Shown: piece by piece, positions 14,551 through 28,106 of the stretch
How the letters are laid out: every line of letters begins with the position of its first letter
Position numbering within the stretch: position 1 is the stretch's first letter
Source of the DNA: Mobula birostris
Taxonomy: Eukaryota
Direction of reading: 5' to 3'
Assembly: GCF_030028105.1 (NCBI RefSeq)
Contig: NC_092394.1
Span: forward strand, 30,610,752 to 30,674,751
DNA: 64,000 bases
Made by a program: the position numbers and the translations under genes
Notes under the pieces: generated by a model
Seen by the model: only the letters and a program-made list of their open reading frames with translations
Told to the model about the DNA's origin: nothing
Databases searched by the model: none

Positions 14551-15334
14551 TGCAGAAAAGTATGACATTTACTTTTCAGTACAAGGGAAACCTTCAATAT
14601 TTTAAATGAAGTAATTTTTCTGTAAAATTGTGTACAAGAAAAGAATGAGCAGTATGCTCTGCTCCCCAGTCTCAGTTAGAATTACACTTTGCAGCCACAG
14701 CCATTGAATGGAATGAATTGATGTTTTTCCCCAGAGGAGTTTAAAATAGAAACAAAGAGGTAAAGTACTGAAAGGAGAGACTTTATACAAAAAGAGGATC
14801 CTGGGTTTTGGACTGGAAAGAATTTGATATTATGTGTTAAATGAATCGTGCATGACTTAGTTTTCAGTAACAAGGGCACGAGGAAATATAATGGTAATGT
14901 CAAACAAGATGGAAAGCCACTTGTGTGTGGTTGATACTAGAATAGCCAGATTCCCGGACTTTGCTATGGAGGGAGCACAAAAAAAGATAAAATATATTAA
15001 AAAGTCAACAATTTTATTTCTACCTTCTGAACAAGTTTATATTTATTGTACTAATATAATACTAAACTTTGGGGTAGCCCTGTATTTGTAGTGGGCATGT
15101 GGTGATATTACACCTCCAGACTGTCAACTGTTGCAGGATTTCCAAGTATGCACATCTGCAAGTTGTTTTTTTCAGGAATTCAGTTTATAATTCTGAAGAG
15201 TGCTCCCTCTGATATTGAACACAACATAGACTTGCTAAAGACCTACTAAAACCAATTTTTTTAAAAATCCGTTGGCAATTAATTTTAAAAAGTTGCCATG
15301 TTTCAAGTCTTATTGAAGTTTTGTAGTTTAAGAG

Positions 15335-16430
15335 CATTTTACATAGGAGCCAATCAGCCCACCTCATCTGCTGTGCCATTCAATCATGGCTGATTTATTA
15401 TTCCCCTTGACCCCATTCTCCTGGCTTCTCCCTGTAACCTTTGACACCCTGACTGATCAAGCACCTGTCAATTTCTGCTTTAAGATTATTCAGTGACTTA
15501 GTCTCCACAGCTGTCCATGATAATGATTCACCACCCTTTGGCTAAAGAAATTCCTCCTCATCTCCCTATTCTGAGACTGTGCCGTATGGTCCTAAACTTA
15601 TCCACTATAGGAAGCATTCTCTCCACATCCAGTCAATATTCAATAGTTTCAATGAAATCTCCCCTCATTCTTCTAAACTCCAGTGAGTACAGGCCCAGAG
15701 CCATCAAACACTCCTCAAAGGTTAACACTTTCATTCCCAGAATCATTCTCATGAACCTCCTCTGGACCCTCTCTTATGCCAGCACATCTTTTCTTAGATA
15801 AGGAGCTCAAAACTGCTCACAGTACTCCAAGTACCACCTGACAAATGCCTTATAAAGCCTCAGCATTACATTCTGGCTTTAATATTTTAGTCCTTTCAAA
15901 TGAATGCTAACATTGCATTTGCCTTCCTTACCGCTGACTTAACCTGCAAGTTAATCTTTAGGGAATCCTGCACAAGGACTCGCAAGATTCCCTACACTAT
16001 ATTCCGTCTGCCACTTCTAGGCCCATTCTGCCACTCTGTCTAAGCCCTTCTGCAGAGTCCCTGCTTCCTCAACACTAACTGCCCCTCCACTGACAGTGTC
16101 TTTGTATTATTTGCATTCTTGGCCACGAGGTCATCAATTCCATCATCCAAATCATTGACATAGGGCATGAAAAGAAGTGGTCCCAATACCTCCACTGTAG
16201 AACACCACTTGTCACTGGCAGCCAACCAGAATAGATCCCCTTTATACCCACATTTTGCCTCCTGCCAGTCAGCTAATCATCTATCCATAGTAGTATCTTT
16301 CCTGTAATACAATGGCTCTTATCTTGTTAAGCAGCCTCATGTGTGGCACATTGACAAAGTCCTTCTGAAAGTCCAAATAAACAAAATCCACTGACTCTCC
16401 TTTGTCTACCCTGCCTGTTATTTCCTCAAT
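15335..16430 (-). mobile_element. CR1 LINE 3' fragment, degenerate
   Basis: ORF 16040..16225 has VLGPLLFMPYVNDLDDG. Nucleotide similarity to the intact CR1 at 59.8-61 kb. Confidence 0.85.
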
Positions 16431-17651
16431 GTCCTAAATTTTTGTATGTCTTTAAAATATTAAAGCTGCAACTGTTCTGGTGGTGAGAGGGGGTTTGTCA
16501 GTTAATACGCTGATTCTTTTCAGATTTTATGGACATCACCTTGATTACATCACAAGACATTATATTTACAACTACACTTCAATAGTGAAACTCATAATGA
16601 AAAATGCTCTCAATAGTTTGTTCAAATTGATTCAGAGAGAGATGCTGAGAATGAGTATGTAATTTATTAAGTAAATTTAGAGGCACATCTTATTGGCTTT
16701 TGCTCTTGTTGACCTCAAAGTCTAGCAAATGATAATTAAAAGATTGCAGTGTCAAAACTGCAAAAATCAGCAGTGTCAGAGTCAGAGAATCTAGAATATT
16801 TCCATTACTGTTTTGTTGAACATAATACATAAAGGTGGGAGTACGCTTTATGGCCATAAAGTTTACTCTGCCATTCAATCAGATCATGGCTGAAAATGTC
16901 TCTTGGATCTACTTGTCCATCCAACCATCATCTCTCTCAATCCATTAACTTACCAACCTTAGCCTCAATGATTCTCAATACACTTGATTACTTCTTCTTT
17001 CATATTAATATCAGTTGAAAATTTAGTTAGAAGTAAAAACAAATGTACACCATCCAAGTCAACTATACAAACAGTGAACATCCGAGGGCCCATCTAATCT
17101 ATGAGGAGCTATTAATCTGCCTAGACCCATCAACCTGCACCTGGAGCATAGCCCTCCATACCCCTCACATCCATGTACCTATCCAAATTTCTCTTAAATT
17201 TTGAAATCAAACCTGCATTCATTACTTACACGGGGAGCTCATTCCACACTCTGCCCATCCTGAGTGAAGAAGTTGTCCCTTGTGTCCTTTTTCAACATTT
17301 CACCTTTCACCCTTAACCCAGGACCTTTAGTTCTAGTCACACCCAACCTCAGTGGAAGAAGCTTGCTTCCATTTATCTTATCTATACCCCTCATCATTTT
17401 GTATACGTTTATCAAATCTCCCCTCAATCGTCTACACTGCAAGGAATAAAGTCCTAACCTATTCAATCTCTCCCTATAACTCAGCTCCTCCAGTCCCAGC
17501 AATGTCCTTGTAAATTTTCTCTGCACTTTTTCAATCTTATTTTCATCTTTCCTGGAGGTAGGTGACCAAAACTAGACAAATATTCCAAGCAACACACATC
17601 AAAGTTGCTGGTGAACGTAGCAGGCCAGGCAGCATCTCTAGGAAGAGGTAC

Positions 17652-17687
17652 AGTCGACGTTTCGGGCCGAGACCCTTCATCAGGACT
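17652..17687 (-). ncRNA. Minimal type I hammerhead ribozyme motif
   Basis: Minus strand reads AGTC-CTGATGA-A-GGG(tctcgg)CCC-GAAAC-GTC^GACT. Core intact, stem I AGTC/GACT, stem II GGG/CCC, loopless palindromic stem III (ACGT). Confidence 0.8.
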
Positions 17688-17885
17688 AACTGAAGGAAGA
17701 GCTAGTAAGAGATTTGAAAGTGAGAGGGGGAGGGGGAGATCCAAAATGATAGTCCTCTCATATCCCTTTTGCCAATCACCTGTCCAGCTCTGGCTCCATC
17801 CCTCCCCCTCCTGTCTTCTCCTATCATTTTGGATCTCCCCCTCCCCCTCTCACTTTCAAATCTCTTACTAGCTCTTCCTTCAGTT

Positions 17886-17921
17886 AGTCCTGACGAAGGG
17901 TCTCGGCCTGAAACGTCGACT
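17886..17921 (+). ncRNA. Minimal type I hammerhead ribozyme motif
   Basis: AGTC-CTGACGA-A-GGG(tctcgg)CCT-GAAAC-GTC^GACT. Core intact, one G-U pair in stem II. Confidence 0.78.
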
Positions 17922-18499
17922 GCACCTCTTCCTAGAGATGCTGCCTGGCAGCAACTTTGATGTGTGTTGCTTGAATTTCCAGCATCTGCAGAATTCCTCG
18001 TGTTTACAAATATTCCAAATTAGGCCTCACGAATGTCGTATATAACTTAAACATAACAGCTTATCTCCTGTACTCAGAAGATTGATTTATGAAGGCCGAT
18101 GTGCCAAAAGGTTTCTTTACGACCCTATTTACCTCTGATGCCACTTTCAACGAATTATGGATTCCCAGATCTCTCCGTTCTACTGCACTCCTCAGTACCC
18201 TATTGCTCACCGTAGAAGACCTGCCCTAGTCGGTCCTCCCAAAGTGCAACACCTCACACTTGCCTGCATTAAGTTCCATCTGCCATTTTCAGTCCGTTCC
18301 AGCTGGTCCAGATCCTGCTGCAAGCTTTGATAGTCATCTTTGCTGTGCACTACATCCTCAAACTTCGTGTTTTATGATGTAAGAACATCCTCTAGTGCTG
18401 CATTTCAAATGCTTTTGGAAAATCCTGATATACTTTACCTTCCGGTCCCTCTTTTCTGTCCAGCTAGTTATACATGGCAGTCTCAATTTTTACATCATA

Positions 18500-18870
18500 A
18501 AACCATAAAACCATAAGACAAAGGAGCAGAAGTCGGCCATTCAGCCCATTGAGTCTGCTCCTCCATTTTATTATGAGCTGATCCATGCTCCCATTTAGTC
18601 CCACTCCCCCGTCTTCTCACCATAACCTTTGATGCCCTGGCTACTCAGATACCTATCAATCTCTGCCTTAAATACACCCAATGACTTGGCCTCCACTGCC
18701 GCCCGTGGCAACAAATTCCATAGATTTACCACCCTCTGGCTAAAAAAGTTTCTTCGCATCTCTGTTCTGAATGGGCGCCCTTCAATCCTTAAGTCATGCC
18801 CTCTCGTACTAGACTCCCCCATCATGGGAAACAACTTTGCCACATCCACTCTGTCCATGCCTTTCAACAT
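18500..18870 (-). mobile_element. Young CR1 LINE 3' end (5'-truncated)
   Basis: ORF 18595..18870 has TRGHDLRIEGRPFRTEMRRNFFSQRVVNLWNLLP. Short tandem tail (aaaccata)n at ~18500-18516. Confidence 0.92.
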
Positions 18871-19177
18871 TAAACCATTTTGACTGTCTAATGTTTTCCC
18901 AAATGTCCTAAGAACATGTTTTTAATGTTTATTTGACTGTACAGAAATACTGATCTGATGTAATACTGATCCATTAAATCCAGTGTTTTGTGCAAATTTG
19001 TGATTGAAAACCACAAGGGTCCTCAAGGAAGAGGATTTAAAAGAATGCCTCTTGGATTTCCATTTTGCAATCTATAAGCCTCAGTAATTTTGCATTTTTA
19101 AATTTGCCATCAATCTGTGTGTATTTTTATTGCTTCTTTTTGCTAATAAAAACTATCTTCTTTGCTACTTCTGAACT

Positions 19178-20466
19178 TCCGCATTGGAGGTTGGTCAAGA
19201 AGGTTCAGTCATTTGACATTCAGGATGAGGTAGCAAATTGGATTAGATATTGGCTCTGTGGGAGAAGTCAAAGTGGTAGTAGATGGTTGTCTCGATGACT
19301 GGAGGCCTGGGACTAGTGGAGTGTCCCAGGGATCGATGTTGGGTCCATTGTTGTTTGCCATCTGTCGCTACGATCTGGATGATAATGCAGTTAACTGGAT
19401 CAGCAGATTTGCAGATGGCATCAAGATTGGAGGTGTCGTGGACAACAAGCAAGGCTATCATAGCTTGCGACAGGATCTGGACCAGCTGGAAAAATGAGCT
19501 GGAAAATGGCAGGTGGAATGTAATGCAATAAGTGCAAGGTTTTGCACTTCAGTAGGACCAACCAGGGTAGGTCTTACACAGTGAACGGCAGGACACTGAG
19601 GAGTGCTGTAGAGCAAAGGGATCTGGGAATACAGCTCCATAATTTACTGTAAGTAGCTTTACAGGTAGAAAGGATCGTAAAGAAAGCTTTTGGCACCTTG
19701 GCCTTCATAAATCAAAGGACCGAGCACAAGAGATGGGAAGTTATGTTGAAGTCATACAAGACATTGGTGAGGCCTGATTTGGAGTATTTGTCTTGTTTTG
19801 GTTACCTACCTCCAGGAAAGATGTAAATAATGTTGAAAGGGTCATCATCATCAGGTGCCATGCCCAGTTTGAGCTTGACTGCCATGGCCCACACACTCCT
19901 GTTTCGGGTCAAGTGGATCAATTCATTGGTATTCACTTCCAGTTCTCTGGCTGCTGTCTCCATCAATTGTCTTTGTCTTGTTGAAAGAGTGCAGAGAAAA
20001 TTTACAAGGATGTTGCTGGGATTGAAGAAGCTGAGTTATGAGGAGCCATTGATTAGTATAGGACTTTATTCCTTGCAACATAGAACATTGAGGGAGATTT
20101 GATAGTGGTATACAAAATTATAAGGGGTATAGATGGGGTAAATGCAAGCAGGCTTTTTCCACTTAAGTTGGATGGGACTACAGCTAGAAGTCATGGGTTA
20201 AGGGTGAAAGGTGAAAAGTTTAAGGGGAACATGGGGGTAACTTCTTCACTCAGAGGGTCATGAGTGTTTGGAATGAGCTGTTAATGCAAGTGATGCATAT
20301 GAGCTTGATTTTAACATTTAAGAGATGTTTGGATAGATACATGGATAGAGTATGGAGGGCTATGGTCCCAGTGCAGGTTAATGGGATTAGGTAGTTTAAA
20401 TGGTTTGGCATGGACAATATGGGCCAAAGGGCATGTTTCTGATCTGTACTTTTCTATGACTCCGTG
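19178..20466 (+). mobile_element. CR1 LINE 3' fragment
   Basis: SGVSQGSMLGPLLF..ISRFADG (RT), VERVQRKFTRML, and a ttctatgact tail. Confidence 0.9.
19843..19978 (-). mobile_element. Short RTE-like LINE 3' end inserted in CR1
   Basis: (GAT)n tail on the minus strand. 12-bp TSD with one mismatch: tgttgaaagggt (19831-19842) and tgttgaaagagt (19979-19990). The clade assignment is inferred from the tail and C-terminal peptide. Confidence 0.7.
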
Positions 20467-21394
20467 AATCAATTACATTTTGCAAAGCTAACTGATGGAG
20501 AATTGGAAAAAAATATTTTAAATTGCCTGCATTTCTCTGGATCTCGGCAATCTACTACAATATTGTCACATGATTTATTGTGACTTACCTTTATGCCATT
20601 TTCATTTTGCAGTGCTGTATTTTTGGTTCCTCTGAAATATGATGGGCTAGAACTTGGTGCTTCTGGTGAACGATTTGTGCTCACCGGTTTCCCCCTATTT
20701 CATAAACACTTAAAAATTTGCATATCTTCTGGTGATTGTTGTCTCAATTCGAAATGTCAAAGCCTTGCAGGCCATGAAACAACACAATGCTTTCATCTGG
20801 GTAAGTCAAGACAAATGCTCATCCAGAAAACAGCTGAATAAATTTTGAAAATCAGACGAGGCACACCCCAGATTTAGCCAATTGCAACGAACTCTGTAAA
20901 CTTCCAAATGTGTCTCACATTCATCAACACTGATAACCTAATAAAGTAATTATGTCATATAGAAAACTTTAAACTAAAAATAGGTAACTAATTAAAAATA
21001 TGTAAAATAACTTACATTTACTTGTATCCATCACTACAGTATATTTTTGTCGAAGCAAGCAGACCTACTGATCCTGCACCAGGTTTAAGGTATTATACTC
21101 TGCATGATGTTTGTATTGCCTATGCATTATAGCGTCCAAAGGCATTTACCACTCACTGAATATTGTTCAGTGTTTTTAAGAGTGGAAGCTTCCAGAACCA
21201 ACTTGATACAGGTTCAGCAGTCAGTTTCCATTTTAGGCACCGAGTAGCTGCGGTAATTTCAGTTTTCACTGCGGATTGCATAAGAAAAACTACTTTATAG
21301 AGTACAATCAGTAAAAATTCCAGCAGTGACACAAGACAGATTGCAACTATTGGGTTTACACATGAATACCAAACCTGGTGGCACGTAAAATCCA

Positions 21395-23271
21395 ATAGTT
21401 ACTGTACATAGCCAAATCAAAACCCGTGAATAGACCAGAATGTTTGCAGTCTGCTGCAGGCTAGAGCTCTGGCATTTGAGTCTGGTGACCCAGGTACGTA
21501 CAAGAAAACCAGGTATGACTTGGAGGGCTCTTTCAAGAGCTAAGGAACAATTTTGAGTGAGGTTGGAAGTGACATCGGATGCAGGTCTACTTTGACAGGG
21601 TTTGCAGGCCATGACTTCCTACAAAGTGAAACCCAGCGTTGTGAGTGGCAGCAATGCTTCACTTCCAGATGAGCTCACTGCTTTGAAAGGGAGAATAAAA
21701 CTACAGCTATGAGGATCCCTGCAGCATCCGAGGACCCTGTAACATCCGAGGACCCTGTAATCTCTGTCTCGGAGGCCAAAGTCAGGCTGTCTTTCAAATG
21801 GGTAAACCCTTCTAAGGTGACAGCCCTGATTGAGTACCTGGTAAGGCTCTGAAAACCTGTGGCAGCCAACTGGCGAGGGTGTTCAAAGACATTTTCAGTC
21901 TCTCATTCAGTCTATGGTCAGAAGTTCCCACCTGCTTCAAAAGGGCTACAATTATACCGGTGCCCAAGAAAAGCAGGGTGAGCTGCCTTAGCGACTGTTG
22001 TCCAGTAGTGCACAGGTCTACGGTGATGAAGTGCTCTGAGAGGTTGTTTGTGACTAGAATCAACTCCTGCCTCAGCAAGCACCTGGACCCACTGCACTTT
22101 GCCTATCACCACAATAGGTCTACGGCAATAGGTCTCCATGCAGCCTTGGATCACCTGGACAACACAAATATCAATGTCAGGACTACAGCTGACGATGTTC
22201 ATCGACTTCAGCTCCGTGTTTGACTCTGTCATTCCTACAATTCTGATCAAAAAGCTCCAGAACCTGGGCCCCTGTAACTGGACACTCGATTTCCTCACAG
22301 GAAGACAACAGTCAGTGCAGATAAGAAATAACAGCTCCACCTCCCTGACAATTGACACAGGCACACCTCAGGGGTACGTGCTTAGCCCAATGCTCTACTC
22401 TCTCTACAACCGTGACTGTGGCAAGGCACAGTTCAAACGCTATCTATAAATTTGCTGATGATACAATCATTGTTGGCAGAATATCAGATGGTGATGAGAG
22501 GGCGTACAGGAGCGAGATATATCAGCTGCTTGAGTGGTGTCACAGGAACAACTTTGCACTCAACATCAGCAAGACCAAAGAATTGATTGCAAACTTCAGG
22601 AAGGATAAGACAAGGGTACAGACATATGTGCTCATAGAAATAAAGGGGGTGAGCAATTTCAAGTGCCCAGGTGTCAATATCTCTAACCTGGACTCAACAT
22701 ATCAATATAGCTATAAAGAAGGCAAGACAGCGGCTACATTTCATTAGGAGTTTGAGAAAATCTGTTATGTCACCAAAACCATTTGCAAATTTCTACAGAT
22801 GTACTGTGGAGACCATTCTTACTGACTGATTTACTGTCTGGTATGGGGGTGGGGGTGTGACTGCACAGGATCGAAGAAGATAGTTGAAAAATTAGTCAGC
22901 TCCAACATGGGCACTAACCTCCATAGTAGCTGGGTCATTTTCAGGAAGGTGGCGCCCATTATTAAGGACCTCTACCACCCAGGACATGCCCTCTTCTCAT
23001 TGCTACCATCAGGAAGGAGGTACAGAAGCTTGAAGGCACACACTCAACAGTTCAGGAACAGCTTCTTCCCCTCTGCCATCTCATTTCTGAATGGACATTG
23101 AACCCATGAACACTACCTCACTACTCATTTTATTTCCTATTTTTTTCATTTTATATAAAACTTTAATTCAGTTTCCTTTTTTTCCCTCTATTATCATGCC
23201 TAGCATTGGAATGCTGCTGCAAAGTTAAAAAATTTCACAACATATGCCAGTGATATTAAACATGATTCTGA
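21395..23271 (+). mobile_element. Rex1/Babar-like LINE, RT region to 3' end, frameshifted
   Basis: [62 protein letters not shown] and HPGHALFSLLPSGRRYRS. Ends with attaaacatgattctgat. Confidence 0.9.
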
Positions 23272-25583
23272 TAGTTTCAAAGGGATACACTATAAGTGAA
23301 TGTTACAAGATGTTCAGTTTCACAAGAATTTTTTACCGTTCTAAACATTGGGGCCTTGTTTCTATTGATGCCTAATAAACAAACTTGATGCAAGTCATAA
23401 CTCAAGATAAATAAAGTGTAGCTGAATCTCATTCAGTGCTTCTCCATGAAACAGTCATTTTGAATTAATGGGAAGGAAGATGAAAGCAAAGGATCTTTGA
23501 ATCAGTTTTTAACATCAATGTTTTAGAACATTTGAAAACGATTACTTACCTAATTATGAAAGATGCACTAATTTTCTGAAACCACAACATAGCTGGTTTA
23601 TATTTATATTGTGATAATCTTGTATTTTTTTGTTATTTCTCTTTTCTATGGGCTTGTCTATATTACATCATGATGATATCCATTCTTTGGGAGGAGGTTT
23701 TGAAAAGACATTAAAATAAATGTTACTTAGGTAACGATGATGGATTTCTTCATACCCTACCCCAGAATTTTTCATACACCTCTCTCTCAAATCGACTCCA
23801 AGTTGTCCTCTACCAGTTGACCTTTGATATGAAATGCATGTGATTTATGGAAGTTCGGATTCTGTAAAGCAAAATGTAACCCTATTATGGGTACATGAAC
23901 CAATTTTTATTCCACAGCTGCCATCCCATCCCTCCATCCCCACTGGAGAATAAGCAAACTCCACAGAAAGCTAGTTAAATTTGAGATCTTTGTGCTCCTC
24001 TGCCAGTTCACTGAAATAAACTGTGAGCCTCTAAGAAATAAATTACTGAAAATACTATCAAGTGTATATGGTTTTGTGGTGCTTTATTTCAACTGGAAAT
24101 TGTACGTGCTTTGTGGAGGATTTTGAGAGCTGTTTCGATATTATTTATTGCATCTTCTTTGGAGAAAAATATTCATGAATAGCAGAAGCTTAAATTGTAG
24201 TTCTCAGCTGAGGATTATGCTTGTAGAGCCAAAGAAATGTTGCCTTGGTTACCGATGTCATGGTTGCATGACAATGTAGTCCACTTATAATTTATGCAAA
24301 AGACAGTCTAGCTGATTGCACCCCCAGTAATAAAATAACATAGTCTAAAAGTTCATAATAATTTTTTGTATAAATAGAGAAATCTTACAAAGATAATGAA
24401 TTTATTTCATAAATGTTAAGACATCTGTAATCAACAGGAGTCACAGAGGATGGTTAATTTTGTCACCAACAGACAATTCTACTTACTATATCTCTGCTGC
24501 TAAAAAAAAATCCCCTTCAATCGTTCTTAATTTTCATCTATCCCTCCTGAAATCATTGATTCATTCCTTGCAATATTTTTCCATGGAAATCAGTGACCCT
24601 CCATCACTTACCTTGGTAACCATTCTTCTTGCATAAATCTGTCATCAGTGGTTTGATTTTGTTGTTATACCTGAGGCAGATTCTATCTTCACCACATGGC
24701 CTTCCAGCTGAGTTGTTGGGTGATAATTAAGGTCAGATAGGAACACTAGAATCATGGATTTGTTACCCCACAAAGTAGGCCACTTTGGTCCATTGAGTCC
24801 TTTCAGAGCAATCTAGTCAGTCCCCTGCTTTACTCCAGTATCCTTGCAACTTATTTTCCCTCAAGCAACTGTCCAATTCAATCTAAAGACTGACTGACAG
24901 ACAATGTGTTTCAAATCATAACCATTCTTTCTATAAAAATAAGCCCCTAATATTGGCAGAATCTGTTGCCAATCACTTTCAACCTATGTATGAATAATCT
25001 GCTAATATAAATTATTTCTCAATTTTTCATATCCAAACCCATCTTCCAAATTTAAAAAAAATCACAGAAAGACTGCAGCACAGGAAGAAGTCATTATCTC
25101 TGTTCCGAGTATCTACCAGAGCAGCACTCCTTGACCCTTTCTCCATAACCTTGCACATTTTTATTCACTGTATATGTATCCAGTTCCTCTTATACATTTA
25201 ATGGCACCTGCCTCCACCACATTGGTATTTCAGATTCCAGCCACATACAGTGTAAAATGCTTTCCTTCATGACATATAATTCTTTTCACCTTAATTTTAT
25301 ACCTGTGACTTTTGATCCCAAATCCTCCCCAAAAAAAGGAGAGCGTCCCACCATCTGCACTGTCCACACCTCTCATTTTATGTCATACCTTCTTTTATTC
25401 TCTATACAAAGCAGTTCTAGCCTTTCTGTGAAATGTAAGAAATCAATGTCAAATGACTCCTACCTTCTAAATGTGAGATGAGGAGTATGCTGGTGCTCCC
25501 TAAATATATAATCGGGGCACTTAGAAAGATACTACATTATGCCTTCTGGATAGAACCATGCTGTGGAAGTGAGCATCTTCAGG

Positions 25584-25600
25584 AGAGAGAGAGAGAGAGA
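25584..25600. repeat. (GA)n microsatellite
   Basis: agagagagagagagaga run. Confidence 0.8.
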
Positions 25601-27924
25601 GTGCAGAGAATATTGTGGAAAATAAAATTAAAACTAAGAAAAATTTGGTTTATTCTTCAAATAAAACTTGAAAAGCAAATCAAGCAATGTTATACATTAT
25701 TTAAATATATATTATGCCCCCAAAGGCAGCTACAAGGCAAGGAAATCACCCATGTAGTTATCCCAACATATAATTGGTATTAATATCTGAAATGAGATAT
25801 GCTATTGTTATGAAAAGACCCATCAGTGGAAGTACATATCATAGAGTATGGCCATCATGTACTTATTCTAGCATTTAAAAACCTGTCAGCACTATCTAAA
25901 AGGAGCTGCCAATGTGGTTTCAGTTGCATATCTTTATTGGTAGTTTGTGGTGTCTTAGAGAAGTTCTTCAACACAGAGCCAAACATCTGCTGCAAGATGG
26001 TGGACTATGTTCAGGTCAAAACACTGCATTGCTTTATTGACCTCCATTCTTCTGTAAATAGGCAGAGAAAACTCATTGTGTTGTTGTCAATAAAGCTGGA
26101 GCAAAGGCAATAAACTAGTGCAAATGCCACAATGAAAAGTGCCATGTAAATCTTTTAATAAACTTAGAAAAAATATCAGATTTCTCCCACTCTTACTCAT
26201 AGTTCTGTAAATGTTCCTCTTCATGGAGTAAACACCTCAGTCACAAACTATATACTAAAAACGGAATTTGAAGAAAGTACTGCTCTAATTCTCAGAAATG
26301 CTGCAAACAACTTTATCTTTGACTTGCTTTACCCACAAAAAAAAAGAGGGATAAATTATTTAGCCTAATCCTCAGGTGTTCTTAAATCATGATGTTAAGT
26401 ATTTTGGTGATAATTATATCACTGGCTTCCATTCTAAAATCATGGGTTCAGGCTGAGAATTCAGCATGTAACATTGTACATCATCTCATTTCTGTATTAG
26501 TAGAGATGTTATTATGTTAATAAACCTTCACCTTTCCAGGATATGAAAACTCCCATGGCACCATTTGAAGGGCAAGTTTTCCAGTGTCCTTACTAACATT
26601 AATCTTTCAGCCAACATCACTAAAAACACTAAGAGAATGTTTATCTGCCTGAAACTTTAACATGGTTTATTTCTCCACAGATGCTATCCCACCTACTGAA
26701 CATGTCCATTTATTTGTTTTTATTTATCATTAAAAAGTTATCTGGCCTTTACCTAGATGCTTGCACATTTTGACTACTGTGTTTTTGGATGTGTTAATGC
26801 TAATTAAATGTTTGATTGTAAAGGGCTTCATTTTGAGCAAATAATAAATGCTACCAAAATACAAGTGTTCTTCAAAAAAATTCTGATTAAAGAAATTCTT
26901 TTTTAAAGAAAGGGGCTTCCCTTCCTCCACCATCAACTCTGCCCTCAAACACATCTTTCCCATTTCACGCACATCTGCTCTCACCCCATCCTCCCACCAC
27001 CCCACCAGGAATAGCGTTCCCCTTGTCCTCACCTACCACCCCACCAGCCTCCGGGTCCAACATATAATTCTCCGTAACTTCCACCATCTCCAATGGGATC
27101 CCACCACCAAGCACATCTTCCCCTCCCCCCACTTTCTGCTTTCCGCAGGGATTGCTCCCTACGCGACTCCCCTGTCCATTCGTTTCCCTCCCCCCCACCC
27201 CATCCCACCGATCTCCCTCCTGGCACTTATCCTGGTAAGCGGAACAAGTGCCACACAACACATGCCCTTACACTTCCTCCCTCACCACCATTCAGGGCCC
27301 CAGACGGTCCTTCCAGGTGAGGCGACATTTCACCTGTGAGTCGGCTAGGGTGATATACTGCGTCCAGTGCTCCCGGTGTGGTCTTCTATATTTTGGTGAG
27401 ACCAGACCGCTTCGCTGAACACCTATGCTCTGTCCGCCAGAGGAAGCAGGATCTCCCAGTGGCCACACATTTTAATTCCATGTCCCATTCCAAGATGTCA
27501 ATCCATGGCCTCCTCTACTGTCGAGATGAAGCCACACTCAGGTTGGAGGAACAACACCTTATATTCTGTCCTCCAACCTGCTGGCATGAACATTGATTTC
27601 TCTAACTTCCATTAATGCCCCTCCTCCCCTTCTTACCCCATCCCTGATTTATTACTTATTTATGGAAGTTTTTTTTTCTCTCTTCCCCTCTCACAATAAC
27701 TCCTTGCCTGTTCTCCATCTTCCTCTGGTGCTCCCCTCCCCCTTTCTTTCTTCCAGGCCTTCCGTCCCATGATACAGTACTCCCCCTTCTCCAGCCTTGT
27801 ATCCCTTTTGCTAATCAACTTTCCAGCTCTTGGGTTCATCCCTCCCCCTCCTGTCTTCTCCTATCATTTTGGGTCTCCCCCTCCCCTCCCCCTTTCAAAT
27901 CTTTTTCTATCTCTTTTTTCTGTT

Positions 27925-27960
27925 AGTCCTGACGAAGGGTCTCGACCCGAAACGTCGACT
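27925..27960 (+). ncRNA. Minimal type I hammerhead ribozyme motif
   Basis: AGTC-CTGACGA-A-GGGT(ctcg)ACCC-GAAAC-GTC^GACT. All core nucleotides intact. Predicted cut after 27956. Confidence 0.82.
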
Positions 27961-28066
27961 GTACTTCTTCCTGTAGATAACACAAAATACTCTGCAGATG
28001 GTGGGGTCAAAGCAACACTCACAACACACTGGAGGAACTCAGTGTGGGCAGCATCCGTGGAAACCA

Positions 28067-28106
28067 TCAGTCAACATTTCGGGCCGGAACCCTTCTTCAG
28101 GACTGA
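28067..28106 (-). ncRNA. Minimal hammerhead ribozyme motif (variant)
   Basis: TCAGTC-CTGAAGA-A-GGG(ttccgg)CCC-GAAAT-GTT^GACTGA, with a 6-bp stem I. Confidence 0.65.

Larger units (their letters stand above)
17589..18005. mobile_element. Fold-back Penelope-derived non-autonomous element
   Basis: Inverted arms at ~17586-17752 and ~17821-17973. 13-bp TSD acaaatattccaa at 17576-17588 and 18006-18018. Confidence 0.9.
17060..18370 (-). mobile_element. CR1 LINE 3' fragment interrupted by a Penelope-derived insertion
   Basis: ORF 17239..17526 has QRKFTRTLLGLEELSYRERLNRLGLYSL..RRLRGDLI. CR1 sequence resumes after 18005. Confidence 0.88.
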
